A stretch of 64,000 bases of DNA from Paragordius varius (Eukaryota > Animalia > Nematomorpha), in the NCBI GenBank assembly GCA_964247055.1, contig OZ176055.1:7998001-8062000 (forward strand), written 5' to 3'. A model generated the notes under the pieces. The model was not told where the DNA came from. It made no database searches and worked only from the letters and a program-made list of their open reading frames with translations. The first letter of the stretch is position 1, and each line of letters begins with the position of its first letter. Of the stretch, positions 38,343 through 53,500 are shown piece after piece. The translations under genes were made by a program, and so were the position numbers.

Positions 38343-40805
38343 ATTTTAATAAAACAAATGAATTTTGAATTAAAACTATTTTTAAATAGTGTTTTTGTTC
38401 GATAAGGTCGTTACATTCAATATATTTTGAATATTGTCCAAAAGGATATTGTGAAAAACGCGTATACTTGGACACTTATCTGCATTATAACCACTTTTGA
38501 CATTTATACAATATTCGATTCGTTACTTATTTTTTAACTTACCTATAGTTGTGGCCAATAATTATATTTGTTTTACCTTACTTGTCTCAAAATTTTACCT
38601 TTAAGTAAAATTCTGCAACATATAGACTAAAAAAATGAATCAGTTAGCATACGTATAATTAAGTATTAGTCAAATTTTTTAGACCGGTCATAAAACCTTA
38701 TTTTATGAACTAAAGAATATTTAATGGTTGAATCTTACCTTACTTAAGGTGTATGCATAAATTGACCCATGTCATTTGTAACATATAATTCCATTTAAAT
38801 ATTTTAATCTTAATTGATTATCAAATTGATATGTAGTTCCGTTTATTCCAAATCGCGATGATCACGTTGTTTGAGATAACAATTGTTTGGTTTGGTTGAG
38901 CCTTTAAAGCGCTGATAAAACCGCTAAAGCGATAATATACCTTTTACATCTTAAATTCACCATTAAACACTTTAAATGTACCCTTTAGCATTATATACTA
39001 GCGGAACAATTTTAGATTACCCTCAAACATTTTAAATCCACCCTTGAACATCTCAATTTCACGCTAATATTAAAGTATGTGATTTTGGTGTAAAGTAACT
39101 CATAATCATTGATATTAACCATTTTTTATGGCATAATATATCGTTTTTACTATTTTTTAACATATGTTTTTGTAAAATATCCCATCTATTAAACCCACCC
39201 ATATCACGTATTTCGCGAAATTTCGTACATAAACTGTTGCAAATTTTATTGGATTCCCACATGATTTTAAATTTGAAAATCCCAAAAAGTGAACTATATG
39301 TGCTAATGTTATGAAATCTCATACTACTATATCATTAACAGAATTGTAAAAGGGTGACGATGAAAAATTTTATGGGTAGAGGGATGATCATTTATTTGAA
39401 TCAATATAAATTATTTATGGGTGTCGCTTATACTCATGCTGCTTCTTAAATTAATAACCTCAATCAACTCCCATCATCCTAGAAAATGTTTTCTTTAAAA
39501 ACATAAACTTTAAAAAGTGAGTAGGGTTGGAAAATTCGAATAGATAATGCTTGGACAAAAAGCTTGTAACAATCACTCTGACAAATTTTTTAATTTGCAA
39601 ATAAAAAAATTTAATTTTAGACCCAAAACGCAAAAATATTTTAGTAAAAAAAATATATATATTTTGCATATCATCTAAATTAGAAAAGTAAAGTCTCTAA
39701 ATGTATATTTATAATAAAATCTCTGGCCTTGATCCACTTTTTTCGACTAGCCCTGTGTTATGGCACACCTATTAGTTTTTTGATAAATGAAAGTCTCAGC
39801 ATTCCAAAATTTGGAAAATGTTTAGATTAAGTAAGGTGCTTAGCTTTGAAAAATTTTAGATTAGTCAAATCAACGTTTGCATTAAGGCATTTGACGATTG
39901 ATTTTGCCATTCGAATTCGATGATTGTTTTTTTGCCTTTTAAATGGACGTCACTTCAAAACAATAAACCATTGATGTTCAATTTGAGGTTTAATATACGA
40001 AAATTATATTATCCACATTATACTGGTTACCGGAACAATTAAAATGGCTTTTAAGAGTGAAAGAATTTAATCCCGTTTTCATTTGTCTAATAAATTATGT
40101 GGGCACCAATAATTGCCAGGATCTTTAAATTGTTTTACATATTCGTTATTTATATGTGAAGATTTTTTTTATTTTATAATAAAATTATTTAATTAAATTA
40201 ATTTATTATTTTATATATTAAATCATCGTGTTTTCGATAAATCGTACAGATTTACGAAAGAGCTCATTTAATTTCAATAATTAGAATTGCTTTATTAAAA
40301 TATTAATAACTTAGCTTTTATTTGATTTAAGATAATATAATATTTGTATTATGGGAATAGTTGATACGGATAAATGAGTTTGTGGAACCCTCTGTCAAAT
40401 TTTTACCTCCCTCCCTCCCCCCCCCCCCCACCGTAAGTAAAACAAGGAAATATTTTATTCAATATCTAACATGATTTTTGTTATTAATATATTTCGAGAG
40501 AGATAATCTCCAAAAACATTAAAATGGCTTCTGATGATTCTGTAAAATATAACTTGGGCTTTCTTTAAGATAAAGCTTGCAAGTGATTTTGAGTGAATAG
40601 ATATTATTCTTATAAATTGATTTGCACACAATACTAAAAAGGGGTAGTATTCATTTTCCTGGTATTTTGATTGAAAAATATTCTGTAACTGTGATATGGT
40701 AGATTCGACCTAATAACAATATTCATCTCCTTTATAATTTCTCGGTATAACGAGTAAGTTAAAAAGTTGAAAATAGATTAGGTTGTATTACTAAAATTTT
40801 GTTGA

Positions 40806-41368
40806 CACTTCGATTTAAATTGGGTTATTAAAATACCCCAGACTAAAATTGAGTTAGGATATAAAAAAAACTACTGAAGCATACGGTCCCAATTTAAATT
40901 TATACTTCTATCCCAATATTAATTATATAAATATGCCAAAATATTTAAATATAATTTTGTTTTGAAAAAAAAGTATGATGTCAAACTACTTTGACGCCAT
41001 TATTTTATAAAATTTTTGCAAAATATCGTCGTTATTTAATTTTAAGGCTTAATAAAAGCTATATTTTTTATTTAAGTTTTAACATTGATGGAAATAGAAA
41101 ACGCGGTTTATTTTGTATTATTTTTCAATTTTACCATTGCACACATGTCACCTTGACTAAATTTTTACCTTTTTTAACTTAAAATAAGTATTATCAATAT
41201 TTTTGAATAAAATTTTTTATATATTTCGGTTTATTAACATTATAAAAGTGCAAAATTTTGCCATGGTTTCAATTCCTTCCATATTTTTTGAAAAATTTAA
41301 TTTTAAACAGGCCTGGGGTATTTAATTACCCCAATTTAAATCAAAGGACTAAAATGAATGTGTTGTAT
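40806..41368. mobile_element. piggyBac-like family D copy 3 (eroded ends)
   Basis: ttga|CACTTCGATTTAAATTGGG...aaacaggcctggggta...gtgttgtat. Confidence 0.75.
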
Positions 41369-42432
41369 TAAATAAAAGGATGGTTGAATACAGTACTGTT
41401 ACTGTATTTTTATTGTTTATCATTAGAATGATTATATCTCAGTATTACACTATAAATTGTATTATACAAAACGTAAAAATGTAAAGACAAATTTTTTTCT
41501 AAAAGACAACCTCATACTTTTTTACTTAATTTTTTAATTATAGCTCATTGTTCAAAATTTTAAAGCATGTAATAGAGATGTCTATTGGTAACACAATCAA
41601 TTTTGTTTATTCCAAGCGTAATTAAATATTTTATATAAGAAAAGGTGAGGTTTAAAAAAGTGTGGCAGATACCCCAATTTGAAACGAAGTGTTATGTTAA
41701 ATGAGATTTAATAAAAAGGAAAACCTTTATCTTTAGAGTTAAATAAACACTATATTTTGCAAAATGGTAAAAAAGGATGTCGAAGTATTTTGATACGATT
41801 TTTTCACAACTAACTATTATTAGATTTTATGGCTTATTAATTAAGTTTTAATTAGATTAAAGCATAAATTTAAATTGTTTCTTCCAGTAGTTTTTCAAAA
41901 TAACAACTTAATTATTGTCTGAAATATTTAGATGCCCCTATTTAAATCGGAAATAATTAGCATATATTTATGATTTTTATCTCGCAATTCCTTTTGCATT
42001 TTTTTCTGAGAATCATATTTTAGAAGAGAAATCTTCGGCTTTTATAGCCCACATCTAAAAACTAAAGTTTTATAAAACTATTGTTTTGCTTTTTATAGGT
42101 AGTTTATGATATATTTTAGTGATATTTTTCGATGTAAAGCATTTAACTTTTACCAAGAATATTTTTGTATGAAAAAGTTGTGCAAATTTTTCCATATTTT
42201 AATATGGAGCACTTACCATAAAAGTGGAAGAGTCTCATATATTATTCGTAAAAAACTAAAAAGAGCATAATTTTTTTGATATATTTTCCGATAAAAACAG
42301 GTTATTTTTTGTAATCACTGTGTATATTACCAAATCTTTTCTTGAAAAGCCCCTAGCCTATTTCAGAATGAATTTTTGTTGTTTTTATATTTGAGTATAT
42401 TATTCATATGGAGTCATCTGAATATTCATCCG

Positions 42433-43651
42433 ATGCGAAAGCGTGCTGGGATAGGTGCTATTGATAGGGAGCGTTTAGCTCGAGAAAAATTTAAAACTAA
42501 AGGTTTTACCAGTTTTTATTATGTATACTTAGGAGCCCAATTAGCGAATGAAAGATTGAAATTGCTGACTGAAAATATAGAATCCTTAAAAACTAAACTG
42601 CAAATATTTGCTGCGAAATATGGGAAAAGTATAAAAGAGAATCCCGAGCTTCGTGATGCATTTAATGAAATGTGCGTTTCTGTAGGTGTTGATCCGTTAG
42701 GAATGTCATCCAAAGATGCATCAATTTTTACCCAAATATTTGGCAACACCATATCTAGCTTTTATAATGAATTGGCCGTTCAAATTATTGAAGTTTTTGT
42801 ACCTTGTTAAGCTTTAAAGGTATGTTTGGCTACCCGTCCAAAAAATGGTGGAATAATTGGGTTAAATGCTCTAACCAAATTAGTTATTAAAAGTCGCGGG
42901 CCATTAGCCTCACCAATTGGGCCAAAAGATGTTCTTAAAACAGTCGATATCATAGGTACTTAAAATGACTAAAATATTTTATATTTATTACGCATATTTT
43001 AAGGTAAATGGCTAGGTAACGGGTTCCGTATTATTAACTTTTCAAATGATCCTACTACCAAAGACCTTAACAAAATTAGCCATAATATACATACAAATAC
43101 ATCCCCAAACGAATCATATTTTATACAAAGTACACCCGGTGACTTAACAATTGATCATGTCACATTGCTTCATTTAGTGGAGAAAAAAATATCTTCGCAA
43201 CCTAATGAAACCAATCCATCAGCATATAACCTAAATTCATTTTTGAGTTTTGAAGAAATTTCTGCTTCCACAGGTTGGGATCCGGAAAGGATACGATTAG
43301 GTTTGATTTTGAACAAAAATATTTAAAATTATGGTTTAAAAAATTTATTAAGATATAAGATATTCAGTCATTTATTATTTAGTGACTTATTTTAAACTTA
43401 ATAAAATAATTTTTATTATTTTCTATATTTTATCAAGTTTAATTTAATACTAATAATACCTGATTTGAAAACATTATGTATATTTTCTATAATATTTTTC
43501 AGCCTTAGATTATTTAATCAAAGACGGTGTAATATGGATTGATGATTGTACCGAATATCCACCAAAAGAGGAATTGACGTTAAATTCCAAAGATAAATAC
43601 TCGTCAAACACTTTATATTGGTTCATAAACTTCTTTGAGAAAAGTGATTAA
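42433..43651 (+). CDS. SNF8: Vacuolar-sorting protein SNF8/VPS22 (ESCRT-II subunit)
   Basis: Exons 42433-42502, 42533-42792, 42820-42955, 43004-43300, 43503-43651. Motifs MRKRAGIGAI, FNEMCVSVGVDPL, FYNELAVQIIEVCLATRPKNGGII, LIKDGVIWID, YWF. Confidence 0.92.
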
Positions 43652-44555
43652 ATCATACCTGTTCAAATGGTTAAAATGGATGATAGAATCTGAATTTAAT
43701 CAGACAATTTTAAATACCCTGTAATATTTAGAGACATTGCATATTCATTTTTAAATATGTCTTATGTTAGGTGCAATAAATATTTATAGATTATGATGAG
43801 ATTTTTAAATAACAAAAAGTGACCAAATATGACCTTTGTATAAGGGTCGTTTACACGGTACATCCAAGTATACAACTTATTTTTTCCATTTATTTTGCTT
43901 AAATGTCGTTTTGCATTTATATAGATACTTTAAACATTGGCTTTAGTTTATCCTTAATCCATGTAATTCATAAATTTTTACAATCGCATCATCATACATT
44001 AAAGCAGCACTTTCAATATAAAATGAAAAACGAACCCATTTAACAGTAAAAAGTGTCTTTGACGCATTACAAACGAAAAGATTGTTGAATGTTGTGATAT
44101 TGGATGCCCAAAGGTTTTATTCTAAAAAGGATTGTAGTAAATGGTTCCGGTATAAAATATTTTTTGGCAAAACGAATAGTTTTTGCGCTTTGGTCAAATG
44201 CTTATTATCAATTTGGTTTTTCAGAGTCTCATGGTGAAATACTGTGATATGATGTGCAACCAAATTATATTGTAAGAATATAAACATTAAGATTTAATGC
44301 ATATCTTTAAATATTTTATAGGCAAGTATAAATTCTGCAGAATAAGTCATGCCTAACTTAAGATCTTATGTTATTGTAAATTAGTTAAGTTCAACAGATT
44401 TTTATATGCATTACCCTACTGACTTTACATTTAAGACTGTAACATAAATAATATTATATAAAGTGTAAAATTAATTTGATCATTTCTAATATAGTTATGT
44501 TCAAATGAATGAAACTATTCATTAAAGTGTTACCATCTGATTTTAAATTTTCAGC

Positions 44556-47500
44556 ATGATTTACAATCCAGATAGTTTGGAGGTGATAAATTTTAAATAT
44601 CTTAGATTTCTACTGATACGCTTGCTAGATATCAATGGGATATAGGAGTACAAAATGGAAATTGGTTGGATATAAGTCCATTAAACTTTATTGCATATCC
44701 AATAAAATGTATTGTTTTCGTCCATTATATTTAAGCAATTGAAAACCACGTTGGTATAAGAATTTTACATTTTCAAACCAAAATAAAACCTATGCTTAAA
44801 ATCGAAGGCGATGTTATATGCGATATTGCATTTTCGGAAGCTACACATCAAAGAGATCATCGCACGAATTCTAACATTGGGTATTTATAAAATGTTTTAC
44901 AATAAATTAGATTACATGTCAAAAGTTGTTTATTGGGTTTTATTGATAATATTGGGATATCTTACCTTTATGAAATATGTATGATTCGAGAAAATTTAGA
45001 GGATGGACACATTAGCCAAGAAATTAATCATAAATATCGGTATATTTTTTTGTTACTTTAAAATTAGATGCGTACCCTTATACCAACTGCAAATATCTAA
45101 AGAAGCAAATTTGCTGGGGTTTGAAACTCATAATCGTTTGATATGGAAAAGCATTAAAAGTCTCAATAAAGACCTGCTTTTAATCATTGTCGATCAAAAG
45201 GTAGTGGTATATTATATAATTTCTATTCCGAGAAAAAACTTTAAAAATATATTTTTCCATGATTATATTCGTTTTGATCCCATTTAAAATTATCTTAAAC
45301 GTATTAAAAAAAGCGTGGCAAATATAGTATATTTAGATGTTCCAACTATATTTAACCACTTTTCTTTGAAAAACTGTAGTTTTGTTATTTTTTTATAACT
45401 CAAAATTCGAATGCAGTTAAACCTTTTATGGAATAGAACATAGCAAGAACGCACTTTTTAAATATAGTTATTATAATAAACTGAGCAAAGAAAGAATTTA
45501 AAATCCAGTTAGAAGTGGTAATAAAAGTTTTTTTGAGGTTTATCTCGCTATATTGGTTTTAATTAGCATATTTACTATTAGTAACCACGCAAAAAATTAC
45601 AATGTTTCTACATTGCATCAAAAAGTTAAAAAAGGACCAACTCATAATAAAAACAACGTTATAGAAAAAAAATATTTGATTTTTTATGAAAAAAAACAAA
45701 TTTTGATTTTCTAACCTTTATATAATTTCATAAAATATTTAGTTGTATATAATTGATGGAAGTAATCTTTGGCCCACAGCTATGCCCTTCAAATTTGATC
45801 AGTTAAGCAACGAAATTATTCTGGCTGAGCAGGAACCATTACAAATAGTAATAAACTAAGATTTATTGTTTAATTTGGTTCAAAAAAAAACTTATTTTTC
45901 ATTATCTTTTTTTAAAGTTAAATGAAATTATACAGACAAAAAAACGTAAAAATTAGAGATTATTTTTTGAAGACAAACATAAATTATCCTTGATTTTTTT
46001 ATTTAAATTATATACCCACAATATATATATATATATATATATATACCATTTACCATTCAAATTCTCCCTTGTACAATTTTTCACCCTCAAATATATTATA
46101 TGTTTTTTAAAATTAAAAATTACCTATATTTTAATATATTTTTAAAAAATAAAATTTTGTTTGAATTAAAATAATACTGAAATAATAAAATTAAGATATA
46201 TTTCATATTAATAAAGAATCATATCAGTTCAAAACACATAATTGTTTTTTAGGGTAATTTTGAATCCTTCAAGGGATTTGAACAGTAAATGGTATATGAT
46301 TGAGTATTTGAACAATTTCATTTCTTTTCCTATTTCGTTACCCCAAAACAATGATTTATATTTAAAAAATCGAGGTTTTTTTAAAATATGGATGGTTGAC
46401 TTTAATAATATTTTTGTCTTTTAATTTTAACGTTTTGTTTTAATAATTTTATTTGACTCTATATATTTATGCATAAGGAGGTATATAAAACCCTACCAAA
46501 ACAAACCGATGAAAAGCCTGGACCTATTTTATTAGCTGAAATTATTGGTAATTTTATTTATTTTTACTCAAAAAATATTCAATGAAATTTATTGAAATAT
46601 ATTTAATTAATTTTAATTACACAAAAAAACATATTTATTTTTCAAATTTTTTAATAATTTTTACATAAATATTAACAGATGAGAATGGTTTAGGTATCAC
46701 TGCTGTAGATGTATCATCCGATGGTAAATACCTCGTGATAGGATATTGCAACGGAACTATAAAACTTTATGAAGTAATTATCTAGTTCAAATTAAACTTT
46801 TTAGGTAAAAATTTTGTAGTTTTCTTATAAAATTTTCTTTCTGACCTAAATAATTACTAGAATAAAGTATTGTTTAAGGGCTGAATTTATACAGTTTTAT
46901 AAAATAATCCTAATTAAAAAGTCGATTAAATTCTAAATATACCATTAATAGTTTGAATTCACCCATAAACAATTATGCACCCTAAAAATAAATTATGTGC
47001 TTTCGAACTAATATAACTTATTATTAATATGAAATTATCTTCATGGCATAGTTTATTATTTTTCAGTATTATATTAATTTAAAACAGAATTTTTATTTTT
47101 TAAAAATATATAAAAATATTGCTACTTTTTAATCTTAAAAAACATATATTTTATTTGAGGGTGATTTAGAGATGTTTAAGGGTGAATTTGAATTGTTTTA
47201 GGGTGAATTTGAATTGTTTAAGGGTGAATTTGAATTGTTTAAGGGTGAATATGAATTGTTCAAGGGTGAATTTGAATTGTAAATGGTATATAAAAATTTG
47301 AGCGTGATTTGTGAAATTTGAAAATATTTCATTATGATATTTTGAAAAAATTTTCTTTTTTTAGATTAATTGGAATTGTTTGCCTAACAATGAATTATTG
47401 GGTTTACGAACGATAGGCACTAAACAATTGCAAGTTGAATCAATATGTTCTGTTACAATACTTAATCCATTGAAAAGTAGAATGACATTATCTCGATAAT

Positions 47501-50500
47501 TATATTTTTTGCATTTAAATCACATCATAGTTGAATAATTTTATATGATTTTTTTGAAAATTGATAGTTTTAAATTAAATAAATTGTTCCTTTAGCTTCA
47601 GTGTTAAATGGAAAAAAAGCTAAACCTTTGCATTAATAAATAGTTTATTTTGATTAACACAACTAATCTTATTTTGTCTACCAGCTAAGTATTAAAGAAA
47701 AATATATTTTGTTGCTTTAAATATAGTTTATCTATGCATAAAATATTTAAAAAATAGATCCTTCTACAGATTCCACAAGTGATCTGACTTTTCCATGTAT
47801 TGTATCAGATAAATCCTCTTTAATGGTAATATACAAAAACGTTTTTATATTCTCAATTAATTTATTAATTAATAATTTAACAAAGTTATTTCGAACCTCA
47901 ATTATGTAATATGCCTAAGCACAGCCGGCTATTTTATGAGTCATTTTGTAAAAACTTTATTGTCATATCTCAAGACTATAACTCTGAATCGAAATTCGGC
48001 CAATGAAGATGATACAATTTCATGCAAAACTATACAAAAAATTACCATGAATTCGCCGGCCATATCCGATGAAAAATGTCAAACAAACAGTAAAAATATA
48101 ATGCCTTTTAAATATCGCTTAATTCATGCCTCAAACGAGCGAAATAAAATGCACCAACCAATCATAATTATGAATGGATTCTTGGAACAAAAACCGGTCA
48201 TTTATTTAGGATTCTTGGGTAAGATTTTAGTTGGCTTTTGAAAAAAATTAAATGCTTACGCGTTCATAAAAATTTATATATAAGGCAAAAAACTGAAAAG
48301 TTAAAGGTTTTACTTTTTAACAAATGGTTGAGTTTTAAGAAAAAGAAAGAATGTCGAATCATCATAAAAGACTTCCATATAAAAATTTATGCCTACCTTT
48401 TTTTAATTAAATAGAGTTTAATTTTACTTGTATAGCTTATGGCTTTTTTAAATAAAATAAAGTTTAGACTTATTTTTAAATTTCACAATATATATATATG
48501 TGTGTTTATAGATGAAATGTCGGGGAAATGTGAATTCCAAGGTATAAAGCGAATGATACCTATATCCTTGTCCTTTGGGGAATCTATCTTGAGTTTTGCC
48601 TTACAAGCGTTTAGAGAAAAGGTTTTTTGATATAATCTAAATCTTTTTTATAATTATAAATAGATAATTTTAAATTTTTTCATATTATACTAATAGACAA
48701 AGTCTTATAGTTTTGATCATGAGTTTACAAAATCTTCAACAACCTCATCTCCATCCGATATGGATCTTATGTTGTTACAATTGGAACAAGATTTTCTTAG
48801 CAATCAAGGTTTGGTATTTATATGTTGGCATTTAACTGGAAATATTATTATTTTATTGTTTGTAATGATATTTTTATTGATTGTTTGACTATTGTTTAAT
48901 TTTTTTTAATATTAAGCTTTTGGTTGGTTTATATTTTTGCATACCTCTATTTGCAACTCTAATTATTTATAAAATTTACAGTTTAAATTCACCCGAAACA
49001 AATTCACCCTCTAACAATTCAAATACACCCTAAAATAAATCAAGTGTTTTTTAAGATGTAAAATTACTCATATTATTTTCTTAAAAAATAAAAGTTTAAA
49101 ATTTATATAGTACTGAAAAAATAATAAACTATAACATAAAGATATATTTCATATTAATAATATAAGTTATATTAGTCCGAAAACACATAATTTATTTTTA
49201 GGGCGAATTTGAATGGTTCGAATTGTTTAAGGGTGAATTTGAACTGTAAATAGTATATTTAAAAATTTTTTTTTCAAATATTTGCATATAGAGGGTGTTG
49301 TATTGCCTCCAAGCAAAACTTCACGCGGTACCATAGATTGTCAATTACAGTATTTATCTTTTTTATATTCATTATTTTTTTTTAAAATTATGGATTGTAT
49401 TATATAATAAATCATTTATTTTTGATATGTTTTAAATAATAAATATATACCATTTGCACTTCATGAGTGTCCTTGAACACTTTAGTTGGTCCTTTGACTT
49501 TTTTCTTTTGTTTTTAACTTTTATTAATCAAATCGTATATCATTCATCTATTTTATCGTTTCTAACCTATTTTCTATTAGTTAACATAAATATTAATTTA
49601 ATTTCAACTTTTAATCATTGAGAAACCGTATATAATAATAATTTCTTAAAATTATTTTGGATATTTATAAGATTTTAACACGTATTCAAAAAATATATAA
49701 GTCTTCTGTAGCAATTTTTCATTTAAAACATTATAAAAGTTTATAATTTTGTTAAATAAAAAAATAGGTTTAAACAAAAAGTGTTTTTTAATAAAATTTT
49801 TATTTTTAGATGAATAAATATATAATAAATAAATAAATAAAATTAGGTTAAAAAATAATAAAATAAAAAAATAAATGCAAAATAAATTTAACACTAAAAA
49901 TTTTAAGGACCAACTTGAAGTGTTTAAGGACCAACTTGAAATGTTGAAGGATACTCTTGAAGTGCAAATGGTATATATTTTCCTTTTATATTCAATATAA
50001 TTAATAATGTTATTTTGTGATATATATTACATTTTTTAGATTGATTGTTTTACAATCGAAAAGTTTGGTGAACGCTAGCATTACATTTAGCTATGATACA
50101 TTTTTGGATAAATTTAACAACAAAACTAATTCCCACACCCTTGATACCAAAGGTTTTTTTATTTTAATTTTTTATATTTTATTTATTTTATTTAAATATT
50201 TTGGTGTTTTTAAGTTTTATTTATATATTATATGATAGAAATATCATCAAGCCATAGTAGTACGACTGATTTATTGAATGACATACTAACAACTCCTGGG
50301 AAAATGATTGATCCATTTAATATACCCAAAGAAATTTTAAGAGTAAAATTATATTTTATGCTTAATAAAAAAATATAGTTTTAGGCTTCTCTTAATTGTT
50401 TAAAAAAATAATCTCTTCTTAGAAATCGCAGTTAACAAAGGCCAAAGATACAAGCACAGATAAAGAACCCTCTATTCTACGAAGATCAACTAGCCTTAAA

Positions 50501-53500
50501 TTTATGATACCAAAAAAGTTTATTTCTTATTAATTTTTACTTTCTTTTGTAAAGAATAGTGAAAATTTGAAAAATATATAGGCTTAATATAATTGTATAT
50601 ATTAGTCAAACTAAAGAGTATATAGTTATTTTGTTATAAAAACCACCAGGATTTTTTGATTTTAACTCATAATACATGAAATCAAAGTTTATACCCTTAT
50701 TTACTTGATTAAATATTGAAAGTATTAAGAATTAAAAAATTAGGTTGCTATATAAATTAAAATGACATTTCAAAATCTTATACCTGTGTTTTTAAATTGT
50801 TTAACCGTATATTTAAATTTTTTTGGTATTGTATCATAAATATTGTATTTTTTGTTTAATATCTATAAAATTACTATATAGAGTATGCATATTAATGGTT
50901 GCTTATTTCACAATATAGTTGGTCAATTTGCAGACAGTAGTGTATGGGAAAAACAACAAATTGTTGCATAAACAATTTCTTTCTTTCTTTTTTTCCATAC
51001 ACTACTGTGTGAAATAAGCAAACATTAAAATATTTTTATAATTAGCCCTGCTCAAAACGAAGCCGATGTTAATTTGGAAAAAATGGTTTTGAATAAATTA
51101 CATTCTACCAATGCTATTAATGAATCTGATACCGCAAAAAGTGTAAATAGCAAAAATAATACAAATTCCGTTCAAATCACTGATCTTTTTCAACCCAAAA
51201 CTACCCTACAATCAACCAAAAATAATTCAATCCTTGATAATATTACATCAATGTTTTCACCGAATAAAATTCAGCAAAGTAACTGTTTTTTTCCAGAATT
51301 TTTTCTTGCAAAATATAGCATTTACGGTTCAAATTCACCCTAAAAATAAATTGTGTTTTTTCTAACTAATATAACTCATTATTAATATGAAATATATGTT
51401 TATTGTGGTATAGTTTATTATTTTTTCAGTATTATTTTAATTTTAAAAAACCTTTTTATTTTTTTAATTTTTAATCTTAAAAACATATATTTTCATTGAG
51501 GGTGAATTTGAATTGTTTAAGGGTGAATTTGAATTATTTAAGGGTAAAATTGAATTGTAAATAGTAAATTAAAAAATACATTTATGTTTAGCAAAAAAAT
51601 TATAATATTTTTGCGTTTTATAGAACAAGATATTACTAAAGAAATTAAAGCCGTCAAAAGTGTGGAGTCTCCTCAGATAAAATCTAATCATACTAGCAGT
51701 CGAAAAAATGAAACTCCAACCAACGCTTTGTTTGATAAAAATGGAACATCATTTCATACAGGAACCGCGAAATCACCCCATGTGAAAAGGTAAACTTTTA
51801 AATTTTTCATACTTTTTCAACAAGGTTTTTTGAATAATTATTGGAAATATTGCACATAAATTAATTACGCTAATATGTAAAAAAATGTATATATATGGGA
51901 AATTTGTTTTTTACATTTTATTAGCGAAAAATATACGCATAATAATGGCTTACAAGAAGTCAAAATTATGGAATGTTTCAAACAAATCAGTGATGCGAAT
52001 CAATCCTTGAACAATAAATTAATTGGTGAGTTTACTTGATACTTTTTCAACTAATTTTTTTTCTGTTTATAATTAACAGATGAGGCATATAAAGTTATCC
52101 TAATAATTTTTTTTATTAAGTGGTATTTTCAATTTATAAAGTAACCATTTATTTGTTTAGTCAACAGATTTTAAGAATTTTCTTATTTTTTAAATTCCCT
52201 GTATTCAACAACCCTATACATATTGAATATAAAAAATGAAGGATCTAGAAATATGACTTACAATTATAATAATAATAGATATTATCTTTAAAATTTTGGC
52301 TTTAACATTAAATATATATAGAATACGCCTATTTTCATATTAATTTTACGGCCTTAATTGTTTGAAACCCTAAAACCTAAACTTTTTTCTTTCATATACG
52401 CTTTTTTTATACAAACAGATAATTACAACAAATTACACAACAAAGAATCCGATATGGATCGAAAACTTAACCAACTTTTAGGGACTGTTAATTCGCTTGT
52501 CACCACCATAAAATCGTGTCAAGATAATGTATCACAATTGGCAAAGGGTCAACACACTATGGCACAAAATATGGGTGAGGAAAATCAAAAATTAACCACC
52601 TTGGTCAATGGTTTAAAACAACATGTTTTACAAAATTCACATAAAAGTAGTACAGCTACTGATCATGATGAATTGCTTAATGTTAATAATATGGGTCGTT
52701 GGTTAGAGGATGCATTCAATAAGCGACAACACATTTGGAATGCCCTTATTTCCAGGGTCGAAAAATCGCTTCAATACACTTTCAATAGCCATGTCATACC
52801 AGGTTGGTTTAATTATTGGTTGCTTTTTTAAGTCGACTTTTGGAATGAATTTTTTTCTGGTAAATTTACTAAGAAGAGTGATCCATTAAACCACTATCGT
52901 TGATTCCTTTTGAAAAAAGTTTTAGGGTTATTTATCTTGTAGGGCTTATTAGACATATTATATAAGATTGATCAAAACTGACACTGGAAATAAACTTACA
53001 TTACTTTCATTCCTGATTATTTTTTCGAAAAAAATCCGATATATCAAATTTTTGGTTTTATATATGTTTAAAATAATAATATTTATATTTTTTAAAATTT
53101 TAGAAATTTTCAAATCCTTCAACCATATGGAATCTAAAATGGTACATAATCAAGCTTCGGAACAAACACTTGGCTTATTGAAAGAACACAAAAAAATGCT
53201 TAAAGTAAGCAACATGTAAAAATAATTTATTTTTTTACCACATATATATTTGATAAGATGGTACAATTTTATAAAATCTATAAATTACTTTTATTAATAG
53301 CAAAATTTATCCAATGATTAATTTTTTAAATTGTCAATAACACCATATATGGATATTTCTTTTGATGACAGATTAACATAATTATTTAAACTAATACATT
53401 ATCACATATAATGAAATTATACAGACAAATAGTAAAATAATATTAAATAAATATTCGTTTTTTTAAATTGCAAAACAGGGCAATAAATGTAAATTATTAT

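Noticed and set aside
38468-38516. EYCINVKSGYNADKCP as the missing N-terminal exon of Kunitz domain 1
   Set aside because: No phase-compatible acceptor joins it to the ASYDP frame, and the ATG at 38342 already gives a signal peptide.
47159-47280. Regular 21-bp direct repeats as a CRISPR array
   Set aside because: Units are contiguous with no unique spacers, lie inside a MITE arm in a eukaryotic intron, and no cas genes are present.
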